Shown here in pieces: positions 1-9,801 of a stretch of 64,000 bases of DNA (the stretch's first letter is position 1; the number at the start of each line of letters is the position of its first letter). The stretch is from a virus (Duplodnaviria > Caudoviricetes): IMG/VR virus record IMGVR_UViG_3300028833_000112, positions 1 through 64,000 of that record, one strand, 5' to 3'. Position numbers and translations under genes: made by a program. The notes under the pieces are model-generated. The model was not told the origin of the DNA and did no database searches. It saw only the letters and a list, made by a program, of their open reading frames with translations.

Positions 1-231
1 GAAGAAATAAAGCAATCCCGCTTCAACAGTCAAGTGATTTACGAGGCGACAATCGACGAAGACAAAGAACGGCTTTGGAAAAACAAAGACGCGTGGGCAA
101 AGCTCAACGTAGCCAGTGGCATTGATGCAATCAACGCAATTCTGTGGCCGGGCGAAAAGAATGCTCTGGTTGAAATTATCGGCAGGCTCAGCAAATATGA
201 AATGGACGCTGAAGACTTAATCCGAAAATGA
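1..231 (+). CDS. Tail assembly chaperone (XkdN-like), 5'-truncated by window edge
   Basis: Frame 1 is open from base 1 (EEIKQSRFNSQVIYEAT...LWPGEK...); lies just upstream of the tape measure gene. Confidence 0.7.
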   Translation, partial: EEIKQSRFNSQVIYEATIDEDKERLWKNKDAWAKLNVASGIDAINAILWPGEKNALVEIIGRLSKYEMDAEDLIRK

Positions 232-383
232 TTGAGCGCGGCACGGGTGAGTTGCGTCTCTTGCACGCCATATACGTGAAGAGAAATTTATTACCGAGTG
301 AATACGCAAAGCTGTCGTGGTTGGAGCGGGCATTCGTTCGGCAATCCGTGCTCGCGCAAATCGCGGAAGAGAATCGGAAATAA
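228..383 (+). CDS. Small ORF after tail chaperone (51 aa), probable chaperone extension
   Basis: MIERGTGELRLLHAIYVKRNLLPSEYAKLSWLERAFVRQS...; ATGA overlap with chaperone stop, in the -1 frame; not in the ORF track. Confidence 0.65.
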   Translation: MIERGTGELRLLHAIYVKRNLLPSEYAKLSWLERAFVRQSVLAQIAEENRK

Positions 384-403
384 TTTGAGAGGGAGGCGAG
401 AAC

Positions 404-3400
404 GTGGCAGGCAGGACAATCGAAATCGACGTAATTTTGAATGACAAGACAAACGGAAAAGTCAAAGGTATTCAAAAAGATTTGCAAGCGTTAGACAAGC
501 AAGCCGAGCGGCTGAATCAGCGAATCAAAGCGGTTGGTCTGCAGAAGTTCGCGGCGACACTCAGGCTCATCGACAAAGTTTCTGACCCCGCCTCCCGAAT
601 CAATTCTTTGCTGAAGAAAATCGCGGGCGGCACCTACCGAGTCACCATGCGCATAAATGATTCGGCACTCGCGGGCATTCGCAAAATCGAATCGGCTTTG
701 CTCCGAATCAGCGGGCGCGCGTGGAGTGTCGCGGTGAACGTCAAGGGCGCGGCGATGAATAAACTTAACGGCATGATGAGCGGCGCGCTAATGGGTGCGG
801 GAGTCTTCGCGCCGATGGCAGGCATGATGGGCGTCGGCTACGGCGTCGGCAATGCAATTTCTTCGGCGGCGAGCTTTGAGCAACAGATGTCCAAGGTGCA
901 GGCGATTCGCCAGCTCAGTAAAGATTCGGCGGAGATGAAAGCACTCACTCAGCAGGCAAAAGATTTGGGCATGCAGACCGCTTGGACTCGACAGCAAGTC
1001 GGCGAAGCACAATACTATCAAGCACTTGCAGGCTGGGAGACCCCGCAAATTTTAAAAGCGACTCCACACATGCTGAACTTGGCGAGCGCGGGTGGAATGG
1101 ATTTGGGCGCGGCGTCCGACATGCTCACAGACGCGATGACTGCACTGGGTATTAAAGCCACTGACCGTTTCCAAAACGCGCAAGGCAAATGGATTGATGA
1201 ACCCGAATATTTTGCTGACATGTTCGCGAAGGTGCAGGCGGTCTCGAACACTGATTTGTATCAGCTGAAAGAGGCGACCAAGTACAGCGCGTCGACAATC
1301 GGGACAATGTTCGCGAATATCGGCGGACAGGAAGGCGTGCAAGCTCGGACGGAAGCCGCGCGACAAATGTTGATTATGGCAGGGCTCATGGCGAACGCCG
1401 GGATAAAAGGTTCCATGGCGGGCACGGGCATTAACACAATCTTCAACCGTCTGGCGGGCGAAAACCGCAACACTCACTTCGCTGAAAGACTTCTCGGCTT
1501 GGAGCACGCGTCGGAGAACGGGAACATGCTTATGCCGCTCGATTTTATCAAGGCGTTCAGAAATAAAATTCAAGGCGGCATGAGTGTTGATGACTTCTTG
1601 CAGGTCGCGGAAGAATTGTCGGGCGAAAAGATTCACGCGGACACGAGACGCAAAATTAATTCGACGATTGAGAACGCGCTGAAGAACGGCGGCAAGCTCG
1701 GAAGCTCTGACATGCTCAAAATCGGCTCCATGATGGCGGGACTTGAAAACGCCCCGAAGCTCATGGCAATGGTTTTCCAAGATATTGAGGCGTTGGAAGC
1801 CAAAATGAATAACGTCGAGGGCACGGCGGGACAAATGGCTGAAACCATGCTTGATAACCTTGCGGGTTCGTTTACAAAACTCGGCTCAGCTTGGGACGCC
1901 TTTCAGCAGGATTTGTTCACGGGCACGGCGGGCGACGGCTTAAGAAATTTCGTCGACGCATTGACTGAAATTTTGACGCGCGCGAATAATCTTTTTAAGG
2001 ACGGAATTGACATCGCTGACTTCGGCAAAATTATCGGCGACGTGGTCGGGCGGCTGAAAGATAAAGTCATGGAGCTTGACGGCATTGGAAGTATGCTCGC
2101 GGGCGGCGCGCTTGTCATGGGCTTGAAGAAAATTATTTCGCTCGGACAAAGTGCGCTGAACGTATTCAAAGGCGTGGGCGCGGCAGGGGCAACTGCTCTC
2201 GGCGGGACGGCGGCTAAAGGCGCGGCAGGTGCGGCGGCGGGCATGAGCGTTTCAACCATGAACGTTAAAGCCGGAGTCGTTAATCTTGCGGGCGCGGTCA
2301 AAGGCGGCGGCGGAGGAGTAGCGGGCACGGCGGGCAAAGGCGCGGCGGCTTTAACTCCCGTTGCACTCGCGCAACAAAATCTCGCCAAAGCGCGTGCGGC
2401 TCAAGATACGGCACTTGCGGCGGCATGGGCGGCTCCCGGCGTTGCGTGGCGGCAATCTGCTTTGCGCATGGCTCAAGCTCGAACTGCTCAGGCGGAGACT
2501 GCTCTGGTCAATGCGCGGGTCGCGGCTTACAACGAACAAATTGCCAAACAGAAACAAGCACTTGCACTTGCGCGTGAGGAATCGGCGGTTACTTCAAGAT
2601 TCGCGGGCATGAAGTCTGCAGCGGGCGGCGCGGCTGCTTTTGCGGGATTATTTTCTTTGCTCGACGTGATGAGTCTTAAATCGGCGAATGCAGAAAGATT
2701 GGCGGCGGCACCTGAGGAACAGCGCGCACAAATCGCTCGTGAGAATCGCAAAGCCGAATGGGAAGCAAGCGTCGGAGGATTGGGCTCAGTCGTCGGTGCG
2801 GCGGCGGGCGCGGCTCTCGGTTCTATGATAGGACCCATGGGCACGATGATTGGCGGCATTATCGGTAGCGTTATCGGAGAAAAGCTCGGCAGGTTTGCGG
2901 GTGAGGAAGGTGCGGAGCGTGAAGTCACACGCACTTCAAATGTCAGCCAAGATGAAATTAGGAAACGCGTTGCGGGTTATAAATCTGAAACGCCACCGGA
3001 TTATTCATTCGGGCAAAAGCCGGTACAAACCAATTTTGACGAATACGGAGACTTGTTCACTGCGGGCAGGCGTATGAGTCACAATTTGGCTACCGTGACG
3101 ACGGCGACAGCAAAAACGATAGAAGATTACGGCGTTGCGTTGGAAAATGAATTGGCGGCAAAAAAAGCAGCCGAAGACCTTGCTTGGGCAAAAAGCCGTG
3201 ACTTTACTTTTCAATGGCAAGGACAAAATTCCGCGTTTGAATATTATCAGCAACGCGCGGCGGAAATGGCGGCGAATCCTGCCAATTTCATTCAGCCTAA
3301 GTGGGGCAACGTTGCTCACGCGGCTGAACTCAACGAAGAACAGATGGCGCAAATGGCGGCGATGGAGGGCGGCACGGTTGCAAGTAAAGTTGCGGCTCCG

Positions 3401-4342
3401 TTCACATTGCCTGAAGCTGGCATGCCGCCCGAAATGCCGGATATCACCTCCATGACCGAACAAATTTATTCCGACCTTGAGGCATTGCAGGAAGGAGTCA
3501 GCGAAGTCTTTAGCGGATTCGGCGAGCAGATAACCGAACAGCTGACCACTGCCTTTGAAGGTGTCGGAGAAATTTTCGCCAATTTCGGCACGACAATCAC
3601 CGAGGGGCTCACGACGACTTTCACGGGCGCGGGCGAACAGTTTGCGCAATTCGGCACGATGATTAGCGAGGGCATGACGAGCGCACAGACGGCAGCCGAA
3701 TCGTCCATGACGGCAATTCAAACGACGTTCACGACGACGAAGGACACAATTCAAGCGGCATGGGGTGAACTGCCGGGGTTCTTCGCGAATGTGTTCAGCG
3801 GACTTGGTGGTGCGGCGTCGGCAGCAGGCGCGGCAATAGAAGCGGGGCTCACGGCTCCTATCGGCTCAATCATCGGCGCATGGCAAGGTGCGGCAGCTCA
3901 AATCAGCTCAATAATCAGTTCAATCAGCGCACAGGCGGCGGCCATGCCGAGTATACCCACGGGCGGCGGAAATATCCCTGCACATGCTGAAGGCGGCTTT
4001 ATCACTTCGCCTGAACTTGCACTCATCGGTGAAAAAGGTGCCGAATTAATTTTGCCGCTTACTGATAAAGAACGTTCGCGAGAACTTTTGCGGCAGGCGT
4101 CGGGCGTGCTCGGTTTGAACTCGGAGGAGGACGGCTACTCGATTAGCGGCGGCTCATCGGGCGGCGGCTCAATGTCCGTGTCCGTCGGAGGAATCACCGT
4201 GAACTTTGAAATCAACGGCTCCGATTCGACAGACATCATGGAGGCAATCAAAGGAAATATTCAAGAGATTGGCGACAAAGTTGCCGCTCAAATTTCTAAG
4301 TCGGTCGGAAATATTTTCCAAAATCAAATGGTCGTCGCGTGA
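404..4342 (+). CDS. Tail tape measure protein (TP901 family)
   Basis: 1312 aa, Ala/Gly-rich; FEQQMSKVQAI...AKDLG...ASDMLTDAM...GIKGSMAGT core; C-terminal HAEGG..ALIGEKGAE motif. Confidence 0.95.
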   Translation: MAGRTIEIDVILNDKTNGKVKGIQKDLQALDKQAERLNQRIKAVGLQKFAATLRLIDKVSDPASRINSLLKKIAGGTYRVTMRINDSALAGIRKIESALLRISGRAWSVAVNVKGAAMNKLNGMMSGALMGAGVFAPMAGMMGVGYGVGNAISSAASFEQQMSKVQAIRQLSKDSAEMKALTQQAKDLGMQTAWTRQQVGEAQYYQALAGWETPQILKATPHMLNLASAGGMDLGAASDMLTDAMTALGIKATDRFQNAQGKWIDEPEYFADMFAKVQAVSNTDLYQLKEATKYSASTIGTMFANIGGQEGVQARTEAARQMLIMAGLMANAGIKGSMAGTGINTIFNRLAGENRNTHFAERLLGLEHASENGNMLMPLDFIKAFRNKIQGGMSVDDFLQVAEELSGEKIHADTRRKINSTIENALKNGGKLGSSDMLKIGSMMAGLENAPKLMAMVFQDIEALEAKMNNVEGTAGQMAETMLDNLAGSFTKLGSAWDAFQQDLFTGTAGDGLRNFVDALTEILTRANNLFKDGIDIADFGKIIGDVVGRLKDKVMELDGIGSMLAGGALVMGLKKIISLGQSALNVFKGVGAAGATALGGTAAKGAAGAAAGMSVSTMNVKAGVVNLAGAVKGGGGGVAGTAGKGAAALTPVALAQQNLAKARAAQDTALAAAWAAPGVAWRQSALRMAQARTAQAETALVNARVAAYNEQIAKQKQALALAREESAVTSRFAGMKSAAGGAAAFAGLFSLLDVMSLKSANAERLAAAPEEQRAQIARENRKAEWEASVGGLGSVVGAAAGAALGSMIGPMGTMIGGIIGSVIGEKLGRFAGEEGAEREVTRTSNVSQDEIRKRVAGYKSETPPDYSFGQKPVQTNFDEYGDLFTAGRRMSHNLATVTTATAKTIEDYGVALENELAAKKAAEDLAWAKSRDFTFQWQGQNSAFEYYQQRAAEMAANPANFIQPKWGNVAHAAELNEEQMAQMAAMEGGTVASKVAAPFTLPEAGMPPEMPDITSMTEQIYSDLEALQEGVSEVFSGFGEQITEQLTTAFEGVGEIFANFGTTITEGLTTTFTGAGEQFAQFGTMISEGMTSAQTAAESSMTAIQTTFTTTKDTIQAAWGELPGFFANVFSGLGGAASAAGAAIEAGLTAPIGSIIGAWQGAAAQISSIISSISAQAAAMPSIPTGGGNIPAHAEGGFITSPELALIGEKGAELILPLTDKERSRELLRQASGVLGLNSEEDGYSISGGSSGGGSMSVSVGGITVNFEINGSDSTDIMEAIKGNIQEIGDKVAAQISKSVGNIFQNQMVVA

Positions 4343-4355
4343 GGAGGTGTGAGGA

Positions 4356-5096
4356 TTGGCATTACCACTTGCAGGCTTGGCGCGCGCGGCTAAGTTGGGC
4401 ATAATTGATGCTCAAGGAAAAGTCACGCGCTCCGAAATTTATTTAACTAACGTCGAGACCGAGGAGGAGGTACATCTTTCGATGACGCCCGAAAAAGTTC
4501 AGGTCAAGACGGAGGCTTCATTCAGAAATTATCAAATCGTGGAAGTCGGCGAAGTGCGAATCCCGAAAGGCGAACACCTCACGCAAATTTCTTGGAACGG
4601 GATTTTGCCCGGCGCGGGCATGTTGCTTTATCCCTTCCTCAGTCACGCCGCTTGGGAAGACCCGCAGGAGTTAATCAAAGTTTTCAAACGCTGGCGGGAG
4701 GAAGGTGCGAAGTTGCGGTTGCTCGTCACGCAGACGCCGATTAATTTGGAAGTTTATATCCGCGCGTTCGATTATGAGGCGAGCGGCGGCATGGGCGATT
4801 ATCGTTACTCGATTGACTTAATCGCGGCGAAGGAACTGCAGGTGCTCACCGTGGAGGAAGCGGACGCTCAACGCGAACAACAGGCGCAAAATTCGCAGGA
4901 TGAATTGAATCGCCGAGCTGCCATGAAGTCTGACGCCGGAGTTTGGATTGAAAAAATCGATGACATCTACGCCGCAGTAAAAATTTTGACTGGCAACGGT
5001 TCACTCGCCGACGTGGAGAGAGTTCTGGACGCAAGCGGCATTTCTTCCCCCGATGATTTTATGACAGGCAGCCCACAACTTTTGATTTGGGGATAA
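4356..5096 (+). CDS. XkdP-like tail tube initiator
   Basis: Follows tape measure gene; MTPEKVQV...GEVRIPKG...ISWNG...GDYRYSIDL pattern. Confidence 0.75.
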   Translation: MALPLAGLARAAKLGIIDAQGKVTRSEIYLTNVETEEEVHLSMTPEKVQVKTEASFRNYQIVEVGEVRIPKGEHLTQISWNGILPGAGMLLYPFLSHAAWEDPQELIKVFKRWREEGAKLRLLVTQTPINLEVYIRAFDYEASGGMGDYRYSIDLIAAKELQVLTVEEADAQREQQAQNSQDELNRRAAMKSDAGVWIEKIDDIYAAVKILTGNGSLADVERVLDASGISSPDDFMTGSPQLLIWG

Positions 5097-5164
5097 AAAA
5101 ATCGGCTGATAAAATTTCAACCGCCGTAAGGCTTATTTTTTTACGCGAAGGAAGGTGATAAGAA

Positions 5165-6241
5165 ATGATTGACCTCAGCAAGGTTGAATATCGCGTCGTG
5201 GTCGTGGCGAGTGACGGCACTCAATATGACGTGACGCCGATAACCAGTTCGCTTGGGTGGCAAGAGGGCGAGAAAGAACTTGCGGCGAAGATTAATTGCA
5301 AGTTCGCGTGCGTGATGGTCGACGGCTCTCTTATCACCGACACCGTGAAGATGATGACGCCGATTATAATTTACGCAAGCGACGGCTCCGGCTTTCAAGA
5401 AATGATTCGCGGGAACGTGACGAAACTCGGCTTGACCGAATCGAACGGCGAATTCACTTTGAATATCGAAGCCGCCGACGAAGCTCAAGCCCTCCGCCAC
5501 TCGCAGGACGATTATTATTTTTCTCCCGACGCCGGGACAAGTTCAATCATTGAAAAAATTTTGACTGACCATGGGATTCCTTACACGATTCAAATCAGTA
5601 GCGACGTTAAGCACGAGAAAAAAGTCTATCGCGCAAAATATTTGAGTGACATGCTCGGCGACGTGCTCAAGGATTTAAAAGAGAAGAACGGCGGCACATA
5701 TTTCATCCGCGCGAAGGAAGGCGTCATAGAAATTATTCCACGCGGCACGAACGAAACGATTTGGCATTTTGACATCGACAACAATTCCGTCCGCGTGCAA
5801 GATGAATTCGATTCGACGGACACGGTCACGCAAGTTAAAGTCGTCGGCAAGCAACGCACAGAGGGACATCAATCGGTGGACGCGGTCGTCGACGGGCGAA
5901 CGAATTTAGGGACGCGCACAGTCATTTATCACCGCGACGATAAAACTTCGCTGGAGGAGGCAGAGACCGCCGCGAAAAAAATTCTCTCCGAGAACGGAAC
6001 GATTAAGCGCAAGACAACGGTCGAAGCTCCCGATTTACCTTTCCTAAGGAAGGGCGACCGCATAAGACTTCGTTCATCTGTGGGCGAAGGTTTTTTCTTT
6101 ATCAAAAGCATTTTCCATGACGCTCCGCAACAGAGAATGCGCGCCGATTTGGATTATGATAAAGAGTACTCGAAAGACCAAGGGCTGGAGGATTATGAAC
6201 TCGCCGCCACGGACGAAAGCGGCAGTTCGAATCCGCCGTAA
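5165..6241 (+). CDS. XkdQ/YqbQ-like baseplate hub
   Basis: 358 aa; synteny; TQVKVVG...LRKGDRI motifs. Confidence 0.8.
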   Translation: MIDLSKVEYRVVVVASDGTQYDVTPITSSLGWQEGEKELAAKINCKFACVMVDGSLITDTVKMMTPIIIYASDGSGFQEMIRGNVTKLGLTESNGEFTLNIEAADEAQALRHSQDDYYFSPDAGTSSIIEKILTDHGIPYTIQISSDVKHEKKVYRAKYLSDMLGDVLKDLKEKNGGTYFIRAKEGVIEIIPRGTNETIWHFDIDNNSVRVQDEFDSTDTVTQVKVVGKQRTEGHQSVDAVVDGRTNLGTRTVIYHRDDKTSLEEAETAAKKILSENGTIKRKTTVEAPDLPFLRKGDRIRLRSSVGEGFFFIKSIFHDAPQQRMRADLDYDKEYSKDQGLEDYELAATDESGSSNPP

Positions 6242-6244
6242 GGA

Positions 6245-6679
6245 GTGATTAATGTGGACGGCAAAGCAGAATTCAATCCCGGCGCAAACTCGCTGACGAA
6301 CACGCTCACGCACATGATGAAGAGCGTCGCGGGCGAAATGGGCAAGCCGCAGCTCGCGTTCGGAATAATCAACGCCGATTACTCGCTCACGATTAACGGC
6401 TTCAAGTGCCCGATACCAAAGACTGATTACTCTGTGTGCCGTCAACTTTTATACAACCCTGCGGTGCCGCTGACTGAAACCTACGTCGACGGCGGCCACG
6501 ACCATGAAGGGGTTGTGCCTTACGAAAAACATCAACACGAAGTTAAACTGCCGAAGAAGATGAGACGTCTTAAGCCCGGCGACAAAATTTTGGTTGCGAT
6601 TCTCGGCAATGAGTTTTGCGTGATTGACATCGTGTTCGACGCAAAATGGTTGACGGGTTCCGAGCCGCCATGGACTTGA
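6245..6679 (+). CDS. Baseplate spike-like protein (XkdR position)
   Basis: His pairs (HDH, HQH) and LKPGDKILVA...FCVID motif; synteny. Confidence 0.7.
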   Translation: MINVDGKAEFNPGANSLTNTLTHMMKSVAGEMGKPQLAFGIINADYSLTINGFKCPIPKTDYSVCRQLLYNPAVPLTETYVDGGHDHEGVVPYEKHQHEVKLPKKMRRLKPGDKILVAILGNEFCVIDIVFDAKWLTGSEPPWT

Positions 6680-6692
6680 GGAGGTGAACTGA

Positions 6693-7136
6693 TTGCCAAG
6701 TCTCTATCCAACGATAAATCTTCCTAAGCTTGTGGCTCCAAAGCCGCGGGCAACGGTGCGCACAAATCGTGTTGCGCCGTTTTTTAATTGGCTGACGGGC
6801 GAATTTGAATTCAATCCCGACGGCTCGCCGCGTATGGCAACACCCAAAGAAACTTACGAAACTTGGTGCATAAAAGTTTGTTCGACGGAGCGCGGCAGTC
6901 GTCTCGCCTACTCAGATAAGATTGGCACGGAATTCAACGCGTTGGCCGGCGTCGACGATAACGAGCGAGTCAAGTCTTCAATCATTAGAACGATAACCGA
7001 ATCGCTCATGGTTCATCCGCAGACGGCGTGGGTGAAGAATTTTTCCTTCCGAAACGTGGCGGATAATTTGTGGGTGTCGTTCGACGTGCAAGGTAAAAAT
7101 TTCGACACGCCGAGTCGGCTGGAGGTGAGTGTGTGA
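6693..7136 (+). CDS. XkdS/DUF2634-like baseplate protein
   Basis: WCIK...TERG..LAYS..IGTE...ITESL..HP motif. Confidence 0.85.
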   Translation: MPSLYPTINLPKLVAPKPRATVRTNRVAPFFNWLTGEFEFNPDGSPRMATPKETYETWCIKVCSTERGSRLAYSDKIGTEFNALAGVDDNERVKSSIIRTITESLMVHPQTAWVKNFSFRNVADNLWVSFDVQGKNFDTPSRLEVSV

Positions 7137-8443
7137 GCATAATTAAGTTTGAACTGCCCGAAGAATTCATAGACGCAACTTACGAAAAAATTTTGGCGCG
7201 GATGTTGGCGCGCGTCCCTGACCGGTATGACAAGACCGAAGGCGGATTCGTTTACGATATGATTGCGCCGACGGCTTTGGAGGTCGCCGAACTTATTCAG
7301 TTTTGGCTGGCTCTCGGAATAAAAACCAATTTTCATATTTGGGCTTCGGGGCGTTGGCTTGATTATCACGCGCATGATTGCGGCTTGACTCGACACGCGG
7401 CGACTCACGCTTACACCGATTTGACCGTCGAAACGAACGGCGCGGCAAAATTTCCTGCGGGATTTATTTTCTCTGTGCCAAGCGATGACAATAACCCCGC
7501 GATTGATTTTGAGGTCGTCGAAACGCACAGCTTCACGGAGGCGGGCACGTACACGATTCAAGTGCGCGCGGTCGACGCCGGGACAATCGGCAACGTTGCG
7601 GCGGGTTCGATTGTTATCATGAAGAATCCGATTAAGCCTGTCACTTCGATTACAAATTTGGAGGCGTCAACGGGCGGCGTTGAGGCTGAAAGCGATGATT
7701 CTCTGCGGCAGAGGATTGATGATTTTTACGCGGGACACGGCGCGAGCTACGTCGGCAACAAAGGCGATTATGAACGTTGGGCGCGGGAAATTGACGGCGT
7801 CGGTTATGCTCACTGCATTCCGTGTGCGCCAATGTGGTCAAGCTTTTTCAAAGTGCGCGACGCGAGCGATAACCCTGTGCAAGGAACTTTGGAGCTTCGC
7901 GCGGGTGATTCGCCGAACGAAATTAAAATCGTCGACATAAGCAGCACGGACGAAAATCCGCACACACTCACAGGCGAACTTGCTTATGACGGCGTGAACT
8001 CGGTGCGGCTGGTTATCGCGGATGGCAACGGCGACCCCGCCAATAACGTTTTGCTCAAGCAGGTGGAGGAATATATTTTCGGCACGGGACACAATGATTC
8101 CAAACGCCTTGCGCCAATCGGCGTGGCAAAGTATGAGGTCGTCGCGCCCGCGCTCGCCATGCTCAGTCTTGAACTCGACGTGCAATACGCTACCGGCGCA
8201 ACCAAATCGAAAGTGCGCAGTCGAATCGTTAAGGTCATGATGAATTTTATTCAGTCACTCAGCGACGACGACAATTTCTACGGCGAAATTAAATATTCAA
8301 AAGTCTCCGCGCTTATGAGCAGTGTCGCGGGCATTGAAGACTTCCGCAATTTGAAATTGAACGGCGGCACGATTAACGTTACCTTCCTGCAAGACGAAGT
8401 ACCGTTTATCGACGAGGAGCACGTGACGATTAACGCTTGGTAA
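7133..8443 (+). CDS. Baseplate J-like protein (XkdT)
   Basis: DKTEGGFVYDMIAP, GGVEAESDDSLRQR, GNKGDYERWAREIDGVG motifs. Confidence 0.92.
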   Translation: MSIIKFELPEEFIDATYEKILARMLARVPDRYDKTEGGFVYDMIAPTALEVAELIQFWLALGIKTNFHIWASGRWLDYHAHDCGLTRHAATHAYTDLTVETNGAAKFPAGFIFSVPSDDNNPAIDFEVVETHSFTEAGTYTIQVRAVDAGTIGNVAAGSIVIMKNPIKPVTSITNLEASTGGVEAESDDSLRQRIDDFYAGHGASYVGNKGDYERWAREIDGVGYAHCIPCAPMWSSFFKVRDASDNPVQGTLELRAGDSPNEIKIVDISSTDENPHTLTGELAYDGVNSVRLVIADGNGDPANNVLLKQVEEYIFGTGHNDSKRLAPIGVAKYEVVAPALAMLSLELDVQYATGATKSKVRSRIVKVMMNFIQSLSDDDNFYGEIKYSKVSALMSSVAGIEDFRNLKLNGGTINVTFLQDEVPFIDEEHVTINAW

Positions 8444-8461
8444 TTTGAAAGGAGGTGCCGC

Positions 8462-9634
8462 ATGGTTGTTCTGACTGATTTCGCCGAACGCGCTTTGAAA
8501 AGAATCACGCCGATGTATGAGAACAGTGAATTCATTCAAGAATTTTTCAACGGCATTTCCTTCGACGACGTGCGCGCGTATTTCAAAACTCTCCGCGAGC
8601 AAAGTTTCATTCAGACGGTTGATTGGGGCATTGAGACGCAAGAACACAAATATTCTTTGGAGCCGCGACCCGATTTAACTTTGGAGCAAAGGCGCGCGCG
8701 CTTGGGTATCAAAGCTGCCGTCCACCGCCCGCTGAATCCGAAAATTTTGGAGCAGGCGATAAAAGATTATTACGGGCTGGAGACTTACCTTTTCGAGGGC
8801 GACCCCGGCTTTATTTGGCTCTGCGCCAATTACATGACCGAGGACGGCTTTAACGGCATTATTGAATTTTTGGAGACGGAAAAGCCCGCGCATTTGGGCT
8901 TGAAAGTTTTATTCAATTTTGAAGAGTATACAGGCGGCAAAGTTGACGACATGGAGCCGCGGATTTTTGCGGGCGTGGCGATTGATGATTACGGCGAAAC
9001 CAAAATTGATTTGCCGAAGCCTGACAATGCGCTCGTGAATTTGCGGGTATCGACGGGGCAATTTGTCGAAGGTCAGATAAAAATTTATCCCGCGCTGCCT
9101 GACGACGTTTTGCTTAAACCATACGCGGGCGTCGCGTTGAACGTCGAGGGAGAAATTACAATCGGCTGCCAAAAAGTTTACATACCTTACTCGCCAAATC
9201 TGCCCGTGATTTATCCGCCCGACTCTCCGATTGTCATCCCGCCCGAAAATCCGCTCGACCCGCTTCCCGAATACAAACCGCCTGCCGAACCCGAAGTTCA
9301 AGAATATTATTTCTTGGAGAATCCGATTGCACAGCTCGCCATCGCGGACAAGACGATTGCACGCGGCGCAGAAAATTTTATCACGCCGATTGATGAAATT
9401 GATTCGATTGAATATGACACCGTGAAATTATTTTTTAACTTCCCGATTTCAAAGCACAGGCGCGTGAGAGGTGTCGCCATGCAGAACGCGCGAAACGATT
9501 TGACCGAAAAAGAAATTCAAGCGGTCGGGCAATACGCCGTGGATAACAAATTAATCACGAACACTGCGGGCGAATTGGCTTCGAGTGTGACGAAAGCCGC
9601 GCTTAAAACCCGTGAGGTTACTCAAATTTTCTGA
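8462..9634 (+). CDS. XkdU/YmfQ-like baseplate wedge protein with Pro-rich linker and C-terminal DUF2922-like domain
   Basis: TVDWGI..E..Y.L...LEQRRAR...KPAHL N-domain, then short beta repeats, PPDSPIVIPPENP linker and extra ~75-aa domain. Confidence 0.8.
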   Translation: MVVLTDFAERALKRITPMYENSEFIQEFFNGISFDDVRAYFKTLREQSFIQTVDWGIETQEHKYSLEPRPDLTLEQRRARLGIKAAVHRPLNPKILEQAIKDYYGLETYLFEGDPGFIWLCANYMTEDGFNGIIEFLETEKPAHLGLKVLFNFEEYTGGKVDDMEPRIFAGVAIDDYGETKIDLPKPDNALVNLRVSTGQFVEGQIKIYPALPDDVLLKPYAGVALNVEGEITIGCQKVYIPYSPNLPVIYPPDSPIVIPPENPLDPLPEYKPPAEPEVQEYYFLENPIAQLAIADKTIARGAENFITPIDEIDSIEYDTVKLFFNFPISKHRRVRGVAMQNARNDLTEKEIQAVGQYAVDNKLITNTAGELASSVTKAALKTREVTQIF

Positions 9635-9645
9635 GGAGGACGAAC

Positions 9646-9801
9646 ATGAAAATTGAACTTAATGAAGAGCAACAGCAGATTGCCGAGAAAGTTTTTGAAC
9701 AGCTCGTCGGGCAAACAATTTATTCGGCGAAGGAAATTATAAAATTCGTGCTCGTCAGTCTGCACAAGCACGCCGTGATTCGAGGTGAATCCGATGAGTG
9801 A
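9646..9801 (+). CDS. Small hypothetical protein (51 aa)
   Basis: GAGGAGG RBS; MKIELNEEQQQIAEKVFEQL...; fills the gap in the operon; not in the ORF track. Confidence 0.6.
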   Translation: MKIELNEEQQQIAEKVFEQLVGQTIYSAKEIIKFVLVSLHKHAVIRGESDE

